Positions 9,950 to 19,611 of a stretch of DNA of 50,014 nucleotides are shown in pieces. Under the pieces are notes generated by a model. That model did not search any database and was not told the origin of the DNA. It saw nothing but the letters and a program-made list of their open reading frames with translations. Origin of the DNA: a virus (Duplodnaviria > Caudoviricetes); IMG/VR virus record IMGVR_UViG_3300037044_000250, positions 1 to 50,014 of that record; one strand, written 5' to 3'. A program made the position numbers and the translations under genes. Positions within the stretch are counted from its first letter, which is position 1; each line of letters opens with the position of its first letter.

Positions 9950-11569
9950 TTATATTCTTTCAGTCGGCGTATCCACAGCCGACACCCGCCAAAAGGCCCC
10001 GTCTTCATACCGCGGGACAAAGTCGGGTTCCGGGTACGGGTAAAAATTCTGAATCTTCCATTCCCACGTCGTATGCGCCGGGCTCAGTCCGTTTTCGTCC
10101 GTAAAAATGGCAACGGCGCCATTGGGTACCAGTTCGCCAGCCGTGTATTGTGCGGCGAAATCGTCATAAATAGGGTCGCCGAACTCTTCACCAAAATATC
10201 CGGATTCGCACGCATACCACACCCCCCAATTGGGGCACTGAGAGCCTGCCGGATATGATCCCCCACCAAGGTTTGGATAAAACCCTTGCCATACCTGCGG
10301 GTAATACTTTTTATCCGTAACCGATATCAGGTCCCCGCAACCATCATCAGCCAGTTTTTGATAAAGCGTGATCATGAGGATCTTTAGATTCGGGAAATTA
10401 TGCACGGTTGTTAGCTCCGGGGGCTTCGTGAGTGTTGATACATACTGTGCCCGTTCGATCTTTTTTGCGACAACCTCTTGAGTATGCGGGAGCGATTCAT
10501 GCCCCCTGATTCCACCGTAAAGATAACTGCCGAATGGGTATTCATATGGGTAGATACTTGACCCGATATGCATATGATCCGGCGCCCCGTCCGCACAAGT
10601 GCACCAGAACTCAAACAGGGTGTCGCCCGTCCCGTCTATCTTGGCCAGATAGAGTTTTGCCGGAAAATCCACGCCGGAGAAAGGCCCGCACACGTCAAAA
10701 GCGTGCAAAGGGGAGGGCGGGCTGCTCGGGGCGTGACTGCTCGCCGTGTGTACCTTCCCGGATACCTGCTCCACGAGATAAACCGTCTTGATTTTTGTCG
10801 GGGTGATCCCATTTATTTTTATCCGAATGTAGCATTCACAAGGCTTCGGTTCAGTCTCAAACCCAATGACAATGGACGTTTCGTCTGCTTCGGCCGATCG
10901 GTTCCGGTACTCCACAATCACCCGGTCTCCAACCTCGAAAGCCGCGCCGTTACAATTCATATACTCAATCGGTACATCGGTCAGTTCAGTTTCTCCGGTC
11001 ACATCAAGTCCTTGATGGCAGGATATGACGGTATCGACTGTAACACTGCATGTGTCTTCATCGATTGCCGTGATTTCGCCGGCCCGGTATGTCGGCATCC
11101 ACTTTTGCCAGCCGGGCATCATGATAAAATTGTAAATAGCCTGGGCAGGATTCATGGCCATAAAGTGCATGAGTTGCCCGTCGCGTCCTGCGTCAAAATC
11201 CGCCCTGCTGTCATAACCTGGGCGGATAAGCACCTTGCCGGTTTCAAACTGTCCGCCGAGTTCAATCGTTCCCACTTCCCCGGTCAGGTCCTCTGTGAGG
11301 TCCGCGCACCATGCGGGGATTTCCGGATCTTCCGGCAGGGACTCTAAAAGTTCCCTTTCCTGTTCAAGCGCCACCAGTTGCAGTCTGGCCCTGCCCAGTT
11401 CGTCGGGGTCCGGTTCTTCAGCTATGAGCAGTTCGACGATTCTTTCTTCCATCTCGATGATTTTCAAATCGAGCTGGTCAAGTCTTTCTTCGAGTGTCGC
11501 CCGGGAGTATTTCAGCCTCACCTGATACAGGCCGCTGTCGCCGCCGGATATGATTTCGCCTTTACCCAT
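9950..11569 (-). CDS. phage tail tip / baseplate hub-like protein
   Basis: MGKGEIISGGDSGLYQV, AWCADLTEDLTGEVGTIE, PGWQKWMPTYR, VPIEYMNCNGAAFEVGDRVIV; position in tail module. Confidence 0.6.
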   Translation of the reverse strand: MGKGEIISGGDSGLYQVRLKYSRATLEERLDQLDLKIIEMEERIVELLIAEEPDPDELGRARLQLVALEQERELLESLPEDPEIPAWCADLTEDLTGEVGTIELGGQFETGKVLIRPGYDSRADFDAGRDGQLMHFMAMNPAQAIYNFIMMPGWQKWMPTYRAGEITAIDEDTCSVTVDTVISCHQGLDVTGETELTDVPIEYMNCNGAAFEVGDRVIVEYRNRSAEADETSIVIGFETEPKPCECYIRIKINGITPTKIKTVYLVEQVSGKVHTASSHAPSSPPSPLHAFDVCGPFSGVDFPAKLYLAKIDGTGDTLFEFWCTCADGAPDHMHIGSSIYPYEYPFGSYLYGGIRGHESLPHTQEVVAKKIERAQYVSTLTKPPELTTVHNFPNLKILMITLYQKLADDGCGDLISVTDKKYYPQVWQGFYPNLGGGSYPAGSQCPNWGVWYACESGYFGEEFGDPIYDDFAAQYTAGELVPNGAVAIFTDENGLSPAHTTWEWKIQNFYPYPEPDFVPRYEDGAFWRVSAVDTPTERI

Positions 11570-11570
11570 G

Positions 11571-11864
11571 TTATTCCGCCGTCGCCTGAATGGTGATCGA
11601 TTTATTCATTGGACCTTCATCGGTGCGAATACGGGTTACTCTGGCTGTCCCAACCTCTTCCAGTACCCCGTTGATGGTTGCGGATACGACAATATAGCCT
11701 CTGGTCCTGTCTGCAATGGCAGCAGCAAGGTCAAATTTCCGTGTTGTGACCTGTACACCCAATGTCCCATCACGCCGCTTGAAAACCTGGAAAGAACTGA
11801 TGGGGATTATAAGGTCTGCCAATCCCGCCTTTGTCATTTTGCAAACCACATTTGTTGCGTTCAT
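11571..11864 (-). CDS. phage tail protein (hypothetical)
   Basis: Coupled to neighbours; LIIPISSFQ resembles FIVPVSAFS in 11861..13009. Confidence 0.55.
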   Translation of the reverse strand: MNATNVVCKMTKAGLADLIIPISSFQVFKRRDGTLGVQVTTRKFDLAAAIADRTRGYIVVSATINGVLEEVGTARVTRIRTDEGPMNKSITIQATAE

Positions 11865-13009
11865 GCGTCGGACTCCCTGACTTCCATGAAAGACCCAGTT
11901 GAAGAAAAAGAATGTGTGATGGTTCTTGCGGTAAAGCTGTCACCGTCATAGGTAACCGTATCACCGGGCTTCAAGTACAGGTCCGTAACCGCGGCCCGTA
12001 ACGCCAGCTTTCCATACGACAAGCTGCGGTAAACGATCCCGCGCAAAGGCGCTATTTGTGGTCCTGGGTTTTCTTCTGCAGGCCGGGTGCCCGATAACAC
12101 CATGTGCTGGAGAGATTGATTTCCCGTAATGGTCATCTTGTCGATAGGGGCTTTAAAAATGTCTTCTCTCAACAAATCTTTGCCGCCTTTTGAAATGATC
12201 GCCGATACCACAAAATATCCGTCACGCAGTGCAGTCACTGCCGTAAAGTGCTGGAGTCCCGGTATCGTTATTTCCGAATAGGAAGGATATCCAAGGCGCA
12301 GCCGTGACGAGAATGCCGAGACCGGTACGATGAAATCGTCAAAACCATCACATTGAATCCTGCATTCATACCGCCGTTTAACCCCGTTTGTAACAGAAAC
12401 GCACTTGAGGCCCGCTATGCCGCCTGTAATAAGCCCGATTGCAGGCGATGCCGTCAAAAAACAGAGCAAGCCGGATATATCCGCGCCGCTGGCTATCTGT
12501 GCTGGCGGCATGCCGGTTTTATAACTGATTCCTATAACGTCAACCGTGGCGTTTATTTCGCCCGGCGCTGGATTGATAACAGTTGCTTTTGCAACGCTTC
12601 CGCACCTGCCGTCCACATCGGCCCGACCCACAGGCGAAGGAAGCTTCTGCCAGAAGCCTGAAAGCTGTCCAGTCGCTGTCACCATTCCGGCCGGCGGCAA
12701 GATCGTGATTCCACTGAAATCGCCAACCTCGATGTCCCCGCACACGCCGACCGATGTAACCACCCCTGGCGAGCTGGACATTTTGATTTTAATCCCCGTA
12801 AAAACACCGCTTGACGTTATAAGGCCCGGGTCCGGCTGAATCTCGACGTTACTGCCGCCGCCGGGTGCTTCGGTTCCGGAAAACGGCTCCCCATTATAAG
12901 CCGTATCCAGGCCGTCAAGACTGTCGGATCTGGTCGAGATATTGCAGAATGGCTCTCCGTTGAAGGATACGTCCAGGCCTGTTAAATTATTGAAAGTCGG
13001 CAGTGCCAT
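11861..13009 (-). CDS. phage minor tail protein
   Basis: Long ORF in tail module; C-terminal DLYLKPGDTVTYDGDSFTARTI. Confidence 0.6.
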   Translation of the reverse strand: MALPTFNNLTGLDVSFNGEPFCNISTRSDSLDGLDTAYNGEPFSGTEAPGGGSNVEIQPDPGLITSSGVFTGIKIKMSSSPGVVTSVGVCGDIEVGDFSGITILPPAGMVTATGQLSGFWQKLPSPVGRADVDGRCGSVAKATVINPAPGEINATVDVIGISYKTGMPPAQIASGADISGLLCFLTASPAIGLITGGIAGLKCVSVTNGVKRRYECRIQCDGFDDFIVPVSAFSSRLRLGYPSYSEITIPGLQHFTAVTALRDGYFVVSAIISKGGKDLLREDIFKAPIDKMTITGNQSLQHMVLSGTRPAEENPGPQIAPLRGIVYRSLSYGKLALRAAVTDLYLKPGDTVTYDGDSFTARTITHSFSSTGSFMEVRESDA

Positions 13010-13015
13010 ATGGTC

Positions 13016-13573
13016 TTATTTCACCATTGCGCTTTGCGGGGCATATAATTTCTTTACTTCAAAATTCAGCAGGTGATCCCCGGTGATGTTCTCGATCGTC
13101 ATTTTTGGTTCCGTGAGCATCAACAGGTTTCCATTATGCCGAACCGCTGAAACAAAATTGCTTTGGTCTTCCGGCGATACCGTTATTGTCAGCGTTTTGC
13201 TTCTGTTTTTCTCGACGACGAAAAGCTGCCTTGTCGTCGAAGCCGTCCACCCAGTGACAGTATTGGTGATGGTTGCCTTTCCAGTCCCGGTGATTTCCTC
13301 TTTTATGACCGCGCATTCCAGCTCTTCTGAATAGGCGCTTTCATTGCGGCTTGTGTCATAAGCCGTTACAGCAAAGAAAATGGGTTTGTCTTCCGAAACC
13401 CCAGTCAGCACGTAATCCGTTACCTTGCCGGCATCAACGGCAACGTTGTAATTACGGGTAGCCTTGCCATAGTAAAGCTTGTACCCGCTTACCGTTGGTT
13501 CCGTGTTGGCGTCCCATGCCAAGTGCACGGAAACGACAAATAAAAAAATTTGGATCCAGGTTGTTTTCTTCAT
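13016..13573 (-). CDS. fibronectin type III domain protein
   Basis: LAWDANTEPTVSGYKLYYG...FFAVTAYDTSRNESAYSEE. Confidence 0.85.
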   Translation of the reverse strand: MKKTTWIQIFLFVVSVHLAWDANTEPTVSGYKLYYGKATRNYNVAVDAGKVTDYVLTGVSEDKPIFFAVTAYDTSRNESAYSEELECAVIKEEITGTGKATITNTVTGWTASTTRQLFVVEKNRSKTLTITVSPEDQSNFVSAVRHNGNLLMLTEPKMTIENITGDHLLNFEVKKLYAPQSAMVK

Positions 13574-13621
13574 GGTCTTACCTTCGTTAATCATGTTGAT
13601 TTTGTAAAAAATCTAAAATCA

Positions 13622-13746
13622 GACGACTTCGTAAAAAGTTCGCAGGCAAGGCGCGCAAGTCCTGAGGAGTGAGGCGTACGACACAGTACGCCGCAACGAC
13701 GAAGGATGCCGCGTAACGCAGCATCCGGACTTTTTACAAAGTCGTC
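13622..13746. repeat. palindromic MITE/REP-like element, copy 2
   Basis: Same IR and core as 8895..9038, lacking the GCACCGGAGCTTTCGGCGACAAC insert. Confidence 0.9.
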
Positions 13747-15781
13747 ATGCCTGACTGCAATCGATGTCATCAACATAAACGCTGTAAGTCGTTCCACCGT
13801 AAGCCCACGCCTCAATCTCCACCACACCCGCGGCCGTCGGCGTAAAATAGATTGAAAGCTGCTCCCAGGTATCTGCCGCCGCTGTCATCGAGGCGGATAC
13901 GTCCGATTCGGCCCCGGCAATCTGCCCGCCGCGACAAACAAGCTTTCCGGTGATCCCGATATTGGTTCTCCTGAACCAGCATGAAACTGTCACCTGGCTA
14001 TTGGCAGCAACAGCGATTTTTGCCAGCGACATGAAAAGAGGGTAGTAGGCGCTTCGGTTTGCCGAAGTCGGGGACATTTGCCATGCAATCCCGGACTCGG
14101 TATGCCGGACCGACGATTGCGACTTTACGATTCCCCCGTCCGTGTAAATGCTGTTGTTATCCGATGATCCGTCATGGGCACTCAGGCGGATTCTACCATT
14201 CATCCAGGCCGTTTGATTTAGAACCTTGCCGGTTTCGCCGAAAGCACAGCCCCTGAAATACTGGGTTCCGGGTGAAGACGCGGACACGGCCCCGCTGGAG
14301 TTTAATGCGGTGGTTGTCCCGATGATTTTATTGTCCAGGGCAGGGGGAGAATCGAAAGAAAATCCATAGGCCCCCGAGTTTTTGTCATTCGTTATTTTAA
14401 GCGTATTGCGGATCGCATTCGCATTGATTGAAACGTTCGATGATCCGTTGTTGCAGACGTTTTCTGCCGTAATTTTGTTCACGTAGGCCGCCGCAACCGA
14501 CATGCCGGAAGTGGTGTTGTTATTCGCATTGGTCAGGGCTATTTCGTTGCAGACGTTATTTGTCCCGCCATATGAAACACCTGTACCCGTGTTGTTGTTG
14601 GCGTTTTTTACGTCAATTTTGCAGAAACTTGCACCGTAGATATAAATTCCGGCGCTGTCATTTCCGCACATGCTGTGGGCGGTCACTTCACAATAAGAAG
14701 CGGTATAAAGACAAACACCCCGCATTGCCCGAACCACGTTTATTCTGTTGCTCAAAACATTGTTTCTGTTCGTAAAATCAATGCCGTTACCCCTTCCCGA
14801 GCCAACGTCAAAATAGGTTTCGCCATCCTGATACCCGGTAGCCGGGTCGTATCCGCCCTGGAACTCGATCAGGCTTCCGGATGATCCGGAATCCTGAATG
14901 GTGCAGGCGGCGGACAAAACCCTGAAACACTCCCGCTTGTATGTTGTTACGGTTTCGGTCGTTCCGAAATACCCGCGTCCCGCATTTGCGTTTATTGCCG
15001 GTCCGTTATCTAACGTGACCGTTGTGCCGTTGATAGACTGGATCGGGTACCAGCCCTCATCTCCGCCGCTTGCCGCTGAATTCTTTGAAATAAGGCTTGT
15101 CAGGCTCAGGGCATCGGCTGAACCGCTCGCCTTGCAAGCGATGATATTATCAAGCAGGATGGTTACCGTTCCAGGGTCCACGATTGCATAAAGGGCAACG
15201 GATTGAATGGAAGATCCAAGCGCCGATCCTTTGTTTATGGTGAAGGAATACTTATATGCGGTAGAATCAGTCACCGGAATAATGAACTCATCAACAATCG
15301 TATCCCCGGTCGTATCGGAACAAAGGCACAATTTTAATGAATTGGCCGCAACAACCGTGCTTGCAAGAAACCAGAAAGAAAGCTGTTGATACGCCGAATA
15401 ATCAACCGCGCTCCCGAGCGCCTTGTAAGCGATCTTTCCAGTGGTAAATGCCGCGGCAACCGCAAATGACGAAGAGCAAGTACCTGTTTTGAAATTCGAG
15501 GTGTTTGTCGATGCTGTTACGTTTGCAGATGGTGTCCATGCCGCATCGCACAATTCCACATTCGCAGTCAGAGCCGAGGCAAGGGTCACGGTTTTGGACA
15601 GGTTATTCCACGTTGCATTCCAGATGCTGGTGGGGTCCGGGGATTTTGCAACCTTGATCGTATCCCCCGGGGCGATCCTTGCCGCTGTTGCGCCGGAGGT
15701 GATCGATTTCCAGGCCAGCGCCCAGGTGGAACCATCGTTGGCATCATTCCCGTTGACCGGGTCAAGGCAGAATTCTGTCAT
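13745..15781 (-). CDS. tail spike / beta-helix (pectin-lyase-like) protein
   Basis: LDPVNGNDANDGSTWALAWKSI...PGDTIKV start; Asn-rich beta-helix repeats; C-terminal carbohydrate-binding-like domain (TWEQLSIYFTP...VYVDDI). Confidence 0.7.
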   Translation of the reverse strand: MTEFCLDPVNGNDANDGSTWALAWKSITSGATAARIAPGDTIKVAKSPDPTSIWNATWNNLSKTVTLASALTANVELCDAAWTPSANVTASTNTSNFKTGTCSSSFAVAAAFTTGKIAYKALGSAVDYSAYQQLSFWFLASTVVAANSLKLCLCSDTTGDTIVDEFIIPVTDSTAYKYSFTINKGSALGSSIQSVALYAIVDPGTVTILLDNIIACKASGSADALSLTSLISKNSAASGGDEGWYPIQSINGTTVTLDNGPAINANAGRGYFGTTETVTTYKRECFRVLSAACTIQDSGSSGSLIEFQGGYDPATGYQDGETYFDVGSGRGNGIDFTNRNNVLSNRINVVRAMRGVCLYTASYCEVTAHSMCGNDSAGIYIYGASFCKIDVKNANNNTGTGVSYGGTNNVCNEIALTNANNNTTSGMSVAAAYVNKITAENVCNNGSSNVSINANAIRNTLKITNDKNSGAYGFSFDSPPALDNKIIGTTTALNSSGAVSASSPGTQYFRGCAFGETGKVLNQTAWMNGRIRLSAHDGSSDNNSIYTDGGIVKSQSSVRHTESGIAWQMSPTSANRSAYYPLFMSLAKIAVAANSQVTVSCWFRRTNIGITGKLVCRGGQIAGAESDVSASMTAAADTWEQLSIYFTPTAAGVVEIEAWAYGGTTYSVYVDDIDCSQA

Positions 15782-15793
15782 GGCTTTCGGTCC

Positions 15794-16225
15794 TTATCCA
15801 AGGTCCAGGCCAGGTGTCTCAATCAGCAACCCGGTACCGTCTTCAGCCGTTTTATCGACCCCAAAATCAATACAGCAGGCAATGGGATCACCTGTAACCG
15901 TATCGTTATAAATAATCGCCGCGCCGGTTGGCCCGATATCTCCGCCGGAAGCAGTCCAGGATACACTTGCCCATCTGGTTTCTGCTTTGTCCGTGGTGTC
16001 GTTTTCAGTGACCGAGACCCCTGTCAGGGTTTTGCTGTTCTGGGTGTAGCCATTCCCGGTTGTCAATTGGTCCGCCGTCACATCTGCAAGCCCCGCATGG
16101 GCATCTTTATTAAAAGAAAACGTCGTGTTCATCAGGATGATCTTGTAGGTATCACTCGACTCATCTATCTGCTTTGTTTTGAGCAGGTACTTGTAGTGGT
16201 TGGGGACCGTTACCGTTATTGCCAT
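15794..16225 (-). CDS. phage tail-associated protein
   Basis: DTYKIILM...TGNGYTQNSKTL...SWTASGGDIGPTGAAIIYNDT. Confidence 0.65.
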   Translation of the reverse strand: MAITVTVPNHYKYLLKTKQIDESSDTYKIILMNTTFSFNKDAHAGLADVTADQLTTGNGYTQNSKTLTGVSVTENDTTDKAETRWASVSWTASGGDIGPTGAAIIYNDTVTGDPIACCIDFGVDKTAEDGTGLLIETPGLDLG

Positions 16226-16247
16226 TTTTCCCTCTTCAATGTTAGGG

Positions 16248-16297
16248 GTGACGAGTGACGGGCTATGAATACCCGTCACGCGTTACCCGTCACTCGT
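16248..16297. repeat. heptamer tandem-repeat hairpin
   Basis: GTGACGA GTGACGG ... CCGTCAC GCGTTAC CCGTCAC. Confidence 0.75.
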
Positions 16298-16306
16298 CTC
16301 TATTTT

Positions 16307-16648
16307 TTAAGTCAATTTTTCGTAAACCATAAAGCCGATGCTTACACCGGAAGCGGTTATTTTTACTTTTTGCAGGTACCCCGAGAACACGCCCTCCGGG
16401 CAAGACAAATGCACCAGGTCTTGGCTTTGGAACATCGCCCATAGGGTTTCCCGTATATCTTCCGGAACCTGGGCCGCCGTAAAATCCATACTCCTGTCGG
16501 CATCCGTTACACCTCCATCTGTGATGACCGCGCCGCCGTCAAGGGTGGCAGTCCGGGAAAGGCGGCGGCTTCCTTCTCGTGGTGGTGCCATGTTCATGTC
16601 CAGGAAAACAAAATCTCCAGGGTCTATGGTGGAAAAGGATATCAACAT
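16307..16648 (-). CDS. distal tail protein-like
   Basis: RRLSRTATLDGGAVITDGGVTDADR; follows the tape measure gene. Confidence 0.6.
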   Translation of the reverse strand: MLISFSTIDPGDFVFLDMNMAPPREGSRRLSRTATLDGGAVITDGGVTDADRSMDFTAAQVPEDIRETLWAMFQSQDLVHLSCPEGVFSGYLQKVKITASGVSIGFMVYEKLT

Positions 16649-16652
16649 GCCT

Positions 16653-17456
16653 TTATGCAATCCCCAACAAGTAGGTTGACAAGGTTTCGTTGGCCTTAGC
16701 CTGGAGTTTTTGTACAAGATTCATCATAAGATCTTCGAGAGCAGGTTCCAGGCCGGTCGTGTCGATGGTAATCAGCGCACTGCCGGACTCCAATAAGCTT
16801 TTTTTCATCGCCAGCAATTCAAGCTGTTGGTCGATCAGTTTTTTCTGGGCTTCGAATTCTTCATTTTTCAGCGCCATGTCTTCGTCAATTGCAGTTCGCC
16901 ATGCTTCGGCTTCGAATTCTTTGAGCGCCCAAGGTTCATCGGCGAACAGGTCTTCGATTTCCTGCCTTGTGTTATCTACGTTTTCTGAAAAGTCGCTGAA
17001 AATATCCGCGTAATCGCCAGCTTCCACGCCGATATCGAGTTCCACGGATTCGGGCAATTCGTCGATCCCCCCGCTGATATCCATGATATCGCTGTAAGGG
17101 TCTCCCGCAATGTAGATATCAAGTTCATGGTCCGTAGGCATGTCGTCAATCAAGTCACTGACTTCCGCGATGGCGGACGGTTCACAGTCAACAGCGAATT
17201 CTTTCTCTTCGGGAATCTCGCTGATGCCGGTCTGGATATCGATTATGCCGTCGCTTGCGTTGTCCTCAAGGGTGATATCCAGTTCCAGGTCAGCGGGTAT
17301 TGTTTCGATGGCATCGCCCAGGGTGTCTGCTGTTTCGGCGGCATCACCTGCCTTGCCGCCGAAGCCGCTCAGTGCATTGCCCATTTCACCCATGGGGTCC
17401 GTCATGTTGTCGATGGCTTCAAAGATAATCTGGACTGTTTTTTCAAGATCGGCCAC
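16653..17456 (-). CDS. tape measure protein, unusually short (267 aa)
   Basis: Directly after the frameshifting chaperone; TMP-like N-terminus MADLEKTVQIIFEAIDN; helical C-terminus ITIDTTGLEPALEDLMMNLVQKLQ. Confidence 0.65.
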   Translation of the reverse strand: MADLEKTVQIIFEAIDNMTDPMGEMGNALSGFGGKAGDAAETADTLGDAIETIPADLELDITLEDNASDGIIDIQTGISEIPEEKEFAVDCEPSAIAEVSDLIDDMPTDHELDIYIAGDPYSDIMDISGGIDELPESVELDIGVEAGDYADIFSDFSENVDNTRQEIEDLFADEPWALKEFEAEAWRTAIDEDMALKNEEFEAQKKLIDQQLELLAMKKSLLESGSALITIDTTGLEPALEDLMMNLVQKLQAKANETLSTYLLGIA

Positions 17457-17634
17457 GCTGTTGTCTCCTGCGTTTTTCCAGATAGTAGAGGCCCCACAAG
17501 TACATTTCGGCGTCCGTTAAAAAGCCTTGCGGAAACAGATCGGGTCTGACTTCGTATAAGAAACGCCCCCTGGACGCACAAAGATTCATCAGGGTTCTGA
17601 CGTCGGCTCGATTCCAGAGGGCTTCGATTTTCCC
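17443..17634 (-). CDS. -1 frameshift extension of tail assembly chaperone (gpGT-like)
   Basis: Slippery G-GGA-AAA at 17634..17628; -1 frame open to TGA at 17445..17443: GKIEALWNRADVRTLMNLCASRGRFLYEVRPDLFPQGFLTDAEMYLWGLYYLEKRRRQQRGRS. Confidence 0.85.
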   Translation of the reverse strand, partial: GKIEALWNRADVRTLMNLCASRGRFLYEVRPDLFPQGFLTDAEMYLWGLYYLEKRRRQQRGRS

Positions 17635-18056
17635 GGCTCGTAACCCATTCCGGTCAAGGATTCGATTCTTTTTGTCAGTATTTGAAATTCAATCGCGTGC
17701 GTCATGTTCAGTTTGAGGGCCAGGACTATGTCGCAGGTTGGTTCTACGCTGCCGGCAGCCAGAAGTTCTGCCCGCAGGGCGATGTCCATTGGCACCGACC
17801 CGTCGGTACCCGTCAGGCATTTCACGGCTTCGACGACGTCTTCCGATTGTTCTTTTACAAGGGTTTCGAGAACTAACTTGATGGTCTTTCTGTTGCGAAG
17901 TGCCATTTCCTTGCAATGCGCCAGTTCATTGCCGCTGAGTCCTTTTACAGTCCATTCGGGCGGGCCGTCGAACCAGTCTTTTAAATCAGGCAAAGGTACG
18001 GCTTCGGTTCTGTAATTGAACTTGGTTTTCTTGAACTCTTTTGATTTAAAAGTCAT
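17589..18056 (-). CDS. tail assembly chaperone (gpG-like)
   Basis: Between tail tube and TMP; ends ...GMGYEPGKS at the slippery site. Confidence 0.8.
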   Translation of the reverse strand: MTFKSKEFKKTKFNYRTEAVPLPDLKDWFDGPPEWTVKGLSGNELAHCKEMALRNRKTIKLVLETLVKEQSEDVVEAVKCLTGTDGSVPMDIALRAELLAAGSVEPTCDIVLALKLNMTHAIEFQILTKRIESLTGMGYEPGKSKPSGIEPTSEP

Positions 18057-18124
18057 TGTCGCTTCTCTCCTCAATAAAAGGGGGCAGGTAACAGGGTACA
18101 GAGTGCAGGTTTTTTCATGCCCCC

Positions 18125-18463
18125 TTATTTCCCGTCACCGTCCAGGGCCAAAAATTGTTCTTGAATCCAGATCAGTTTCCAATCCCGATAATAAAAGTTT
18201 GCGAAATCCTCTAAGACAACCATGTCCCCGCTGGCGTAAAAATCGTACGTCGCCAGCACAGACCCATCGGCCATCAAGTCCGCTTTTCCGCAGGGGCCGG
18301 GTCCAAAAGGCCCTTGTGTGAAAAGGATTTCATAAACCGTTCCGCTCAGGTTGACGGTGTAAGTGTGACCGGCAATATCCGTTTTGATATCCCCGGCCGA
18401 GGCAAAACTGGTCAGTACAAGCATCAAAGCAATCAGCGTACAGGCAAATAAAGCTTTTCTCAT
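18125..18463 (-). CDS. secreted hypothetical protein (moron-like)
   Basis: Signal peptide MRKALFACTLIALMLVLTSFASA, RBS AGGAG; flanked by heptamer-repeat hairpins at ~18079-18126 and ~18488-18561. Confidence 0.7.
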   Translation of the reverse strand: MRKALFACTLIALMLVLTSFASAGDIKTDIAGHTYTVNLSGTVYEILFTQGPFGPGPCGKADLMADGSVLATYDFYASGDMVVLEDFANFYYRDWKLIWIQEQFLALDGDGK

Positions 18464-18487
18464 GATCGTTCTCCTTTTATGAAATTA

Positions 18488-18561
18488 AGGGTGCAGGGTG
18501 CAGGGTGCAGGCAGAAGGGTCCAGGGTTTGTTCCTGCCCCCTGTTACCTGATACCTGCCCC
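18488..18561. repeat. heptamer-repeat hairpin (CAGGGTG type)
   Basis: AGGGTG CAGGGTG CAGGGTG CAGG ... CCTGCCC CCTGTTA CCTGATA CCTGCCC. Confidence 0.75.
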
Positions 18562-18568
18562 TTTCTTC

Positions 18569-19582
18569 TTATCCGGTTATTCTCTTTCCGGGGTCTAACG
18601 CATTGATGGTGCAGTCCGCAGTGATGCTGCTTCGTGCCGGGTAACTCGGGGTGATTCCGAGGTAACCCTGGGTCAGGATAAAGTTTTCGGTCTGGAGTCT
18701 GTCGGCGTAATACTTGAACCAGATCTTTTTTCCTTCTTTTTTCAGAATAGGGTCCGAAATACCGTTCTCCAGAAAGACTTTGAACTTGCCGTTTTTTAGT
18801 GATGAGCTGACTTCCCCGATGGCGCCTCCGTAAACCGGCTGGGAAGAAGTTGTGAAACTGATTGCAGCCGGTTGAAAGTCCGTTGCCTTTAACACTTCCG
18901 TGAAATCAGGCTCATAATACTGGGCATAAACTTTTTTGGTGATGCTGCCGGTATGGTTGCGTATCAAGGCCGTGCTGAAATCAACACCGGCGGTACCCAG
19001 TATCGTGTCTTGTTCACGGATAAGATCGATCCGGACAATTGACGGGTAATTGGCCATTTCGCGGTGCCGGTTCGGTACGACCTTGATTTCACTGGCGGCA
19101 ACAGGCGCAGCCGTGGTGGATGAAAAGCGTACCTGGGCGATCTCGATACTGCCGGCCGGGATGTAAGGGGGGCCGCCGTCCGCGTCGCGTTCCTCTGAAA
19201 ATGTTGTATGGGCGGAGCCGCCTACAACAGCAACGGCTCCGGCAGATGTAATGGTGATAGAATTGATACGGCAATTGTTGGTATCTGAACCGCGCAGGCA
19301 GGTGTTGTCGGCGCTTGATGTCAAGGTTATTGCAACGCCTGCCAAGTTCAGGGTTCCGGCCGATAGGTCAATCTTGTCGTTAGATCCGGATGCTGCCGGG
19401 GTAACAACCAGCCCGGTCAGAACACCGTCCGCTTTGATAACAGGCGAAAAACCAGCCTCGTCAGACCAGCATTCAGCAGTTGAGTCGAATGACTTATGGT
19501 CCCCAGAATCTGTCAGTTCGGTCATGGGCACGAAGGTTTGTCCATCTTCAAAATATAAAACTGAGTTTTCGGCGGTTGTCAT
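18569..19582 (-). CDS. major tail tube protein
   Basis: Position between tail terminator and chaperone; size 337 aa. Confidence 0.65.
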   Translation of the reverse strand: MTTAENSVLYFEDGQTFVPMTELTDSGDHKSFDSTAECWSDEAGFSPVIKADGVLTGLVVTPAASGSNDKIDLSAGTLNLAGVAITLTSSADNTCLRGSDTNNCRINSITITSAGAVAVVGGSAHTTFSEERDADGGPPYIPAGSIEIAQVRFSSTTAAPVAASEIKVVPNRHREMANYPSIVRIDLIREQDTILGTAGVDFSTALIRNHTGSITKKVYAQYYEPDFTEVLKATDFQPAAISFTTSSQPVYGGAIGEVSSSLKNGKFKVFLENGISDPILKKEGKKIWFKYYADRLQTENFILTQGYLGITPSYPARSSITADCTINALDPGKRITG

Positions 19583-19611
19583 AAATTTTCCTTGATGAAA
19601 CCTTCAACCCA

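Noticed and set aside
13591-13827. ORFs or extensions reading DDFVKSPDAALRGILRRCGV (also 8850-9008 and 43980-44414)
   Set aside because: Translations of the palindromic repeat element, not genes
1507-15781. Diversity-generating retroelement acting on tail fibres
   Set aside because: No reverse transcriptase and no TR/VR pair differing at adenines was seen
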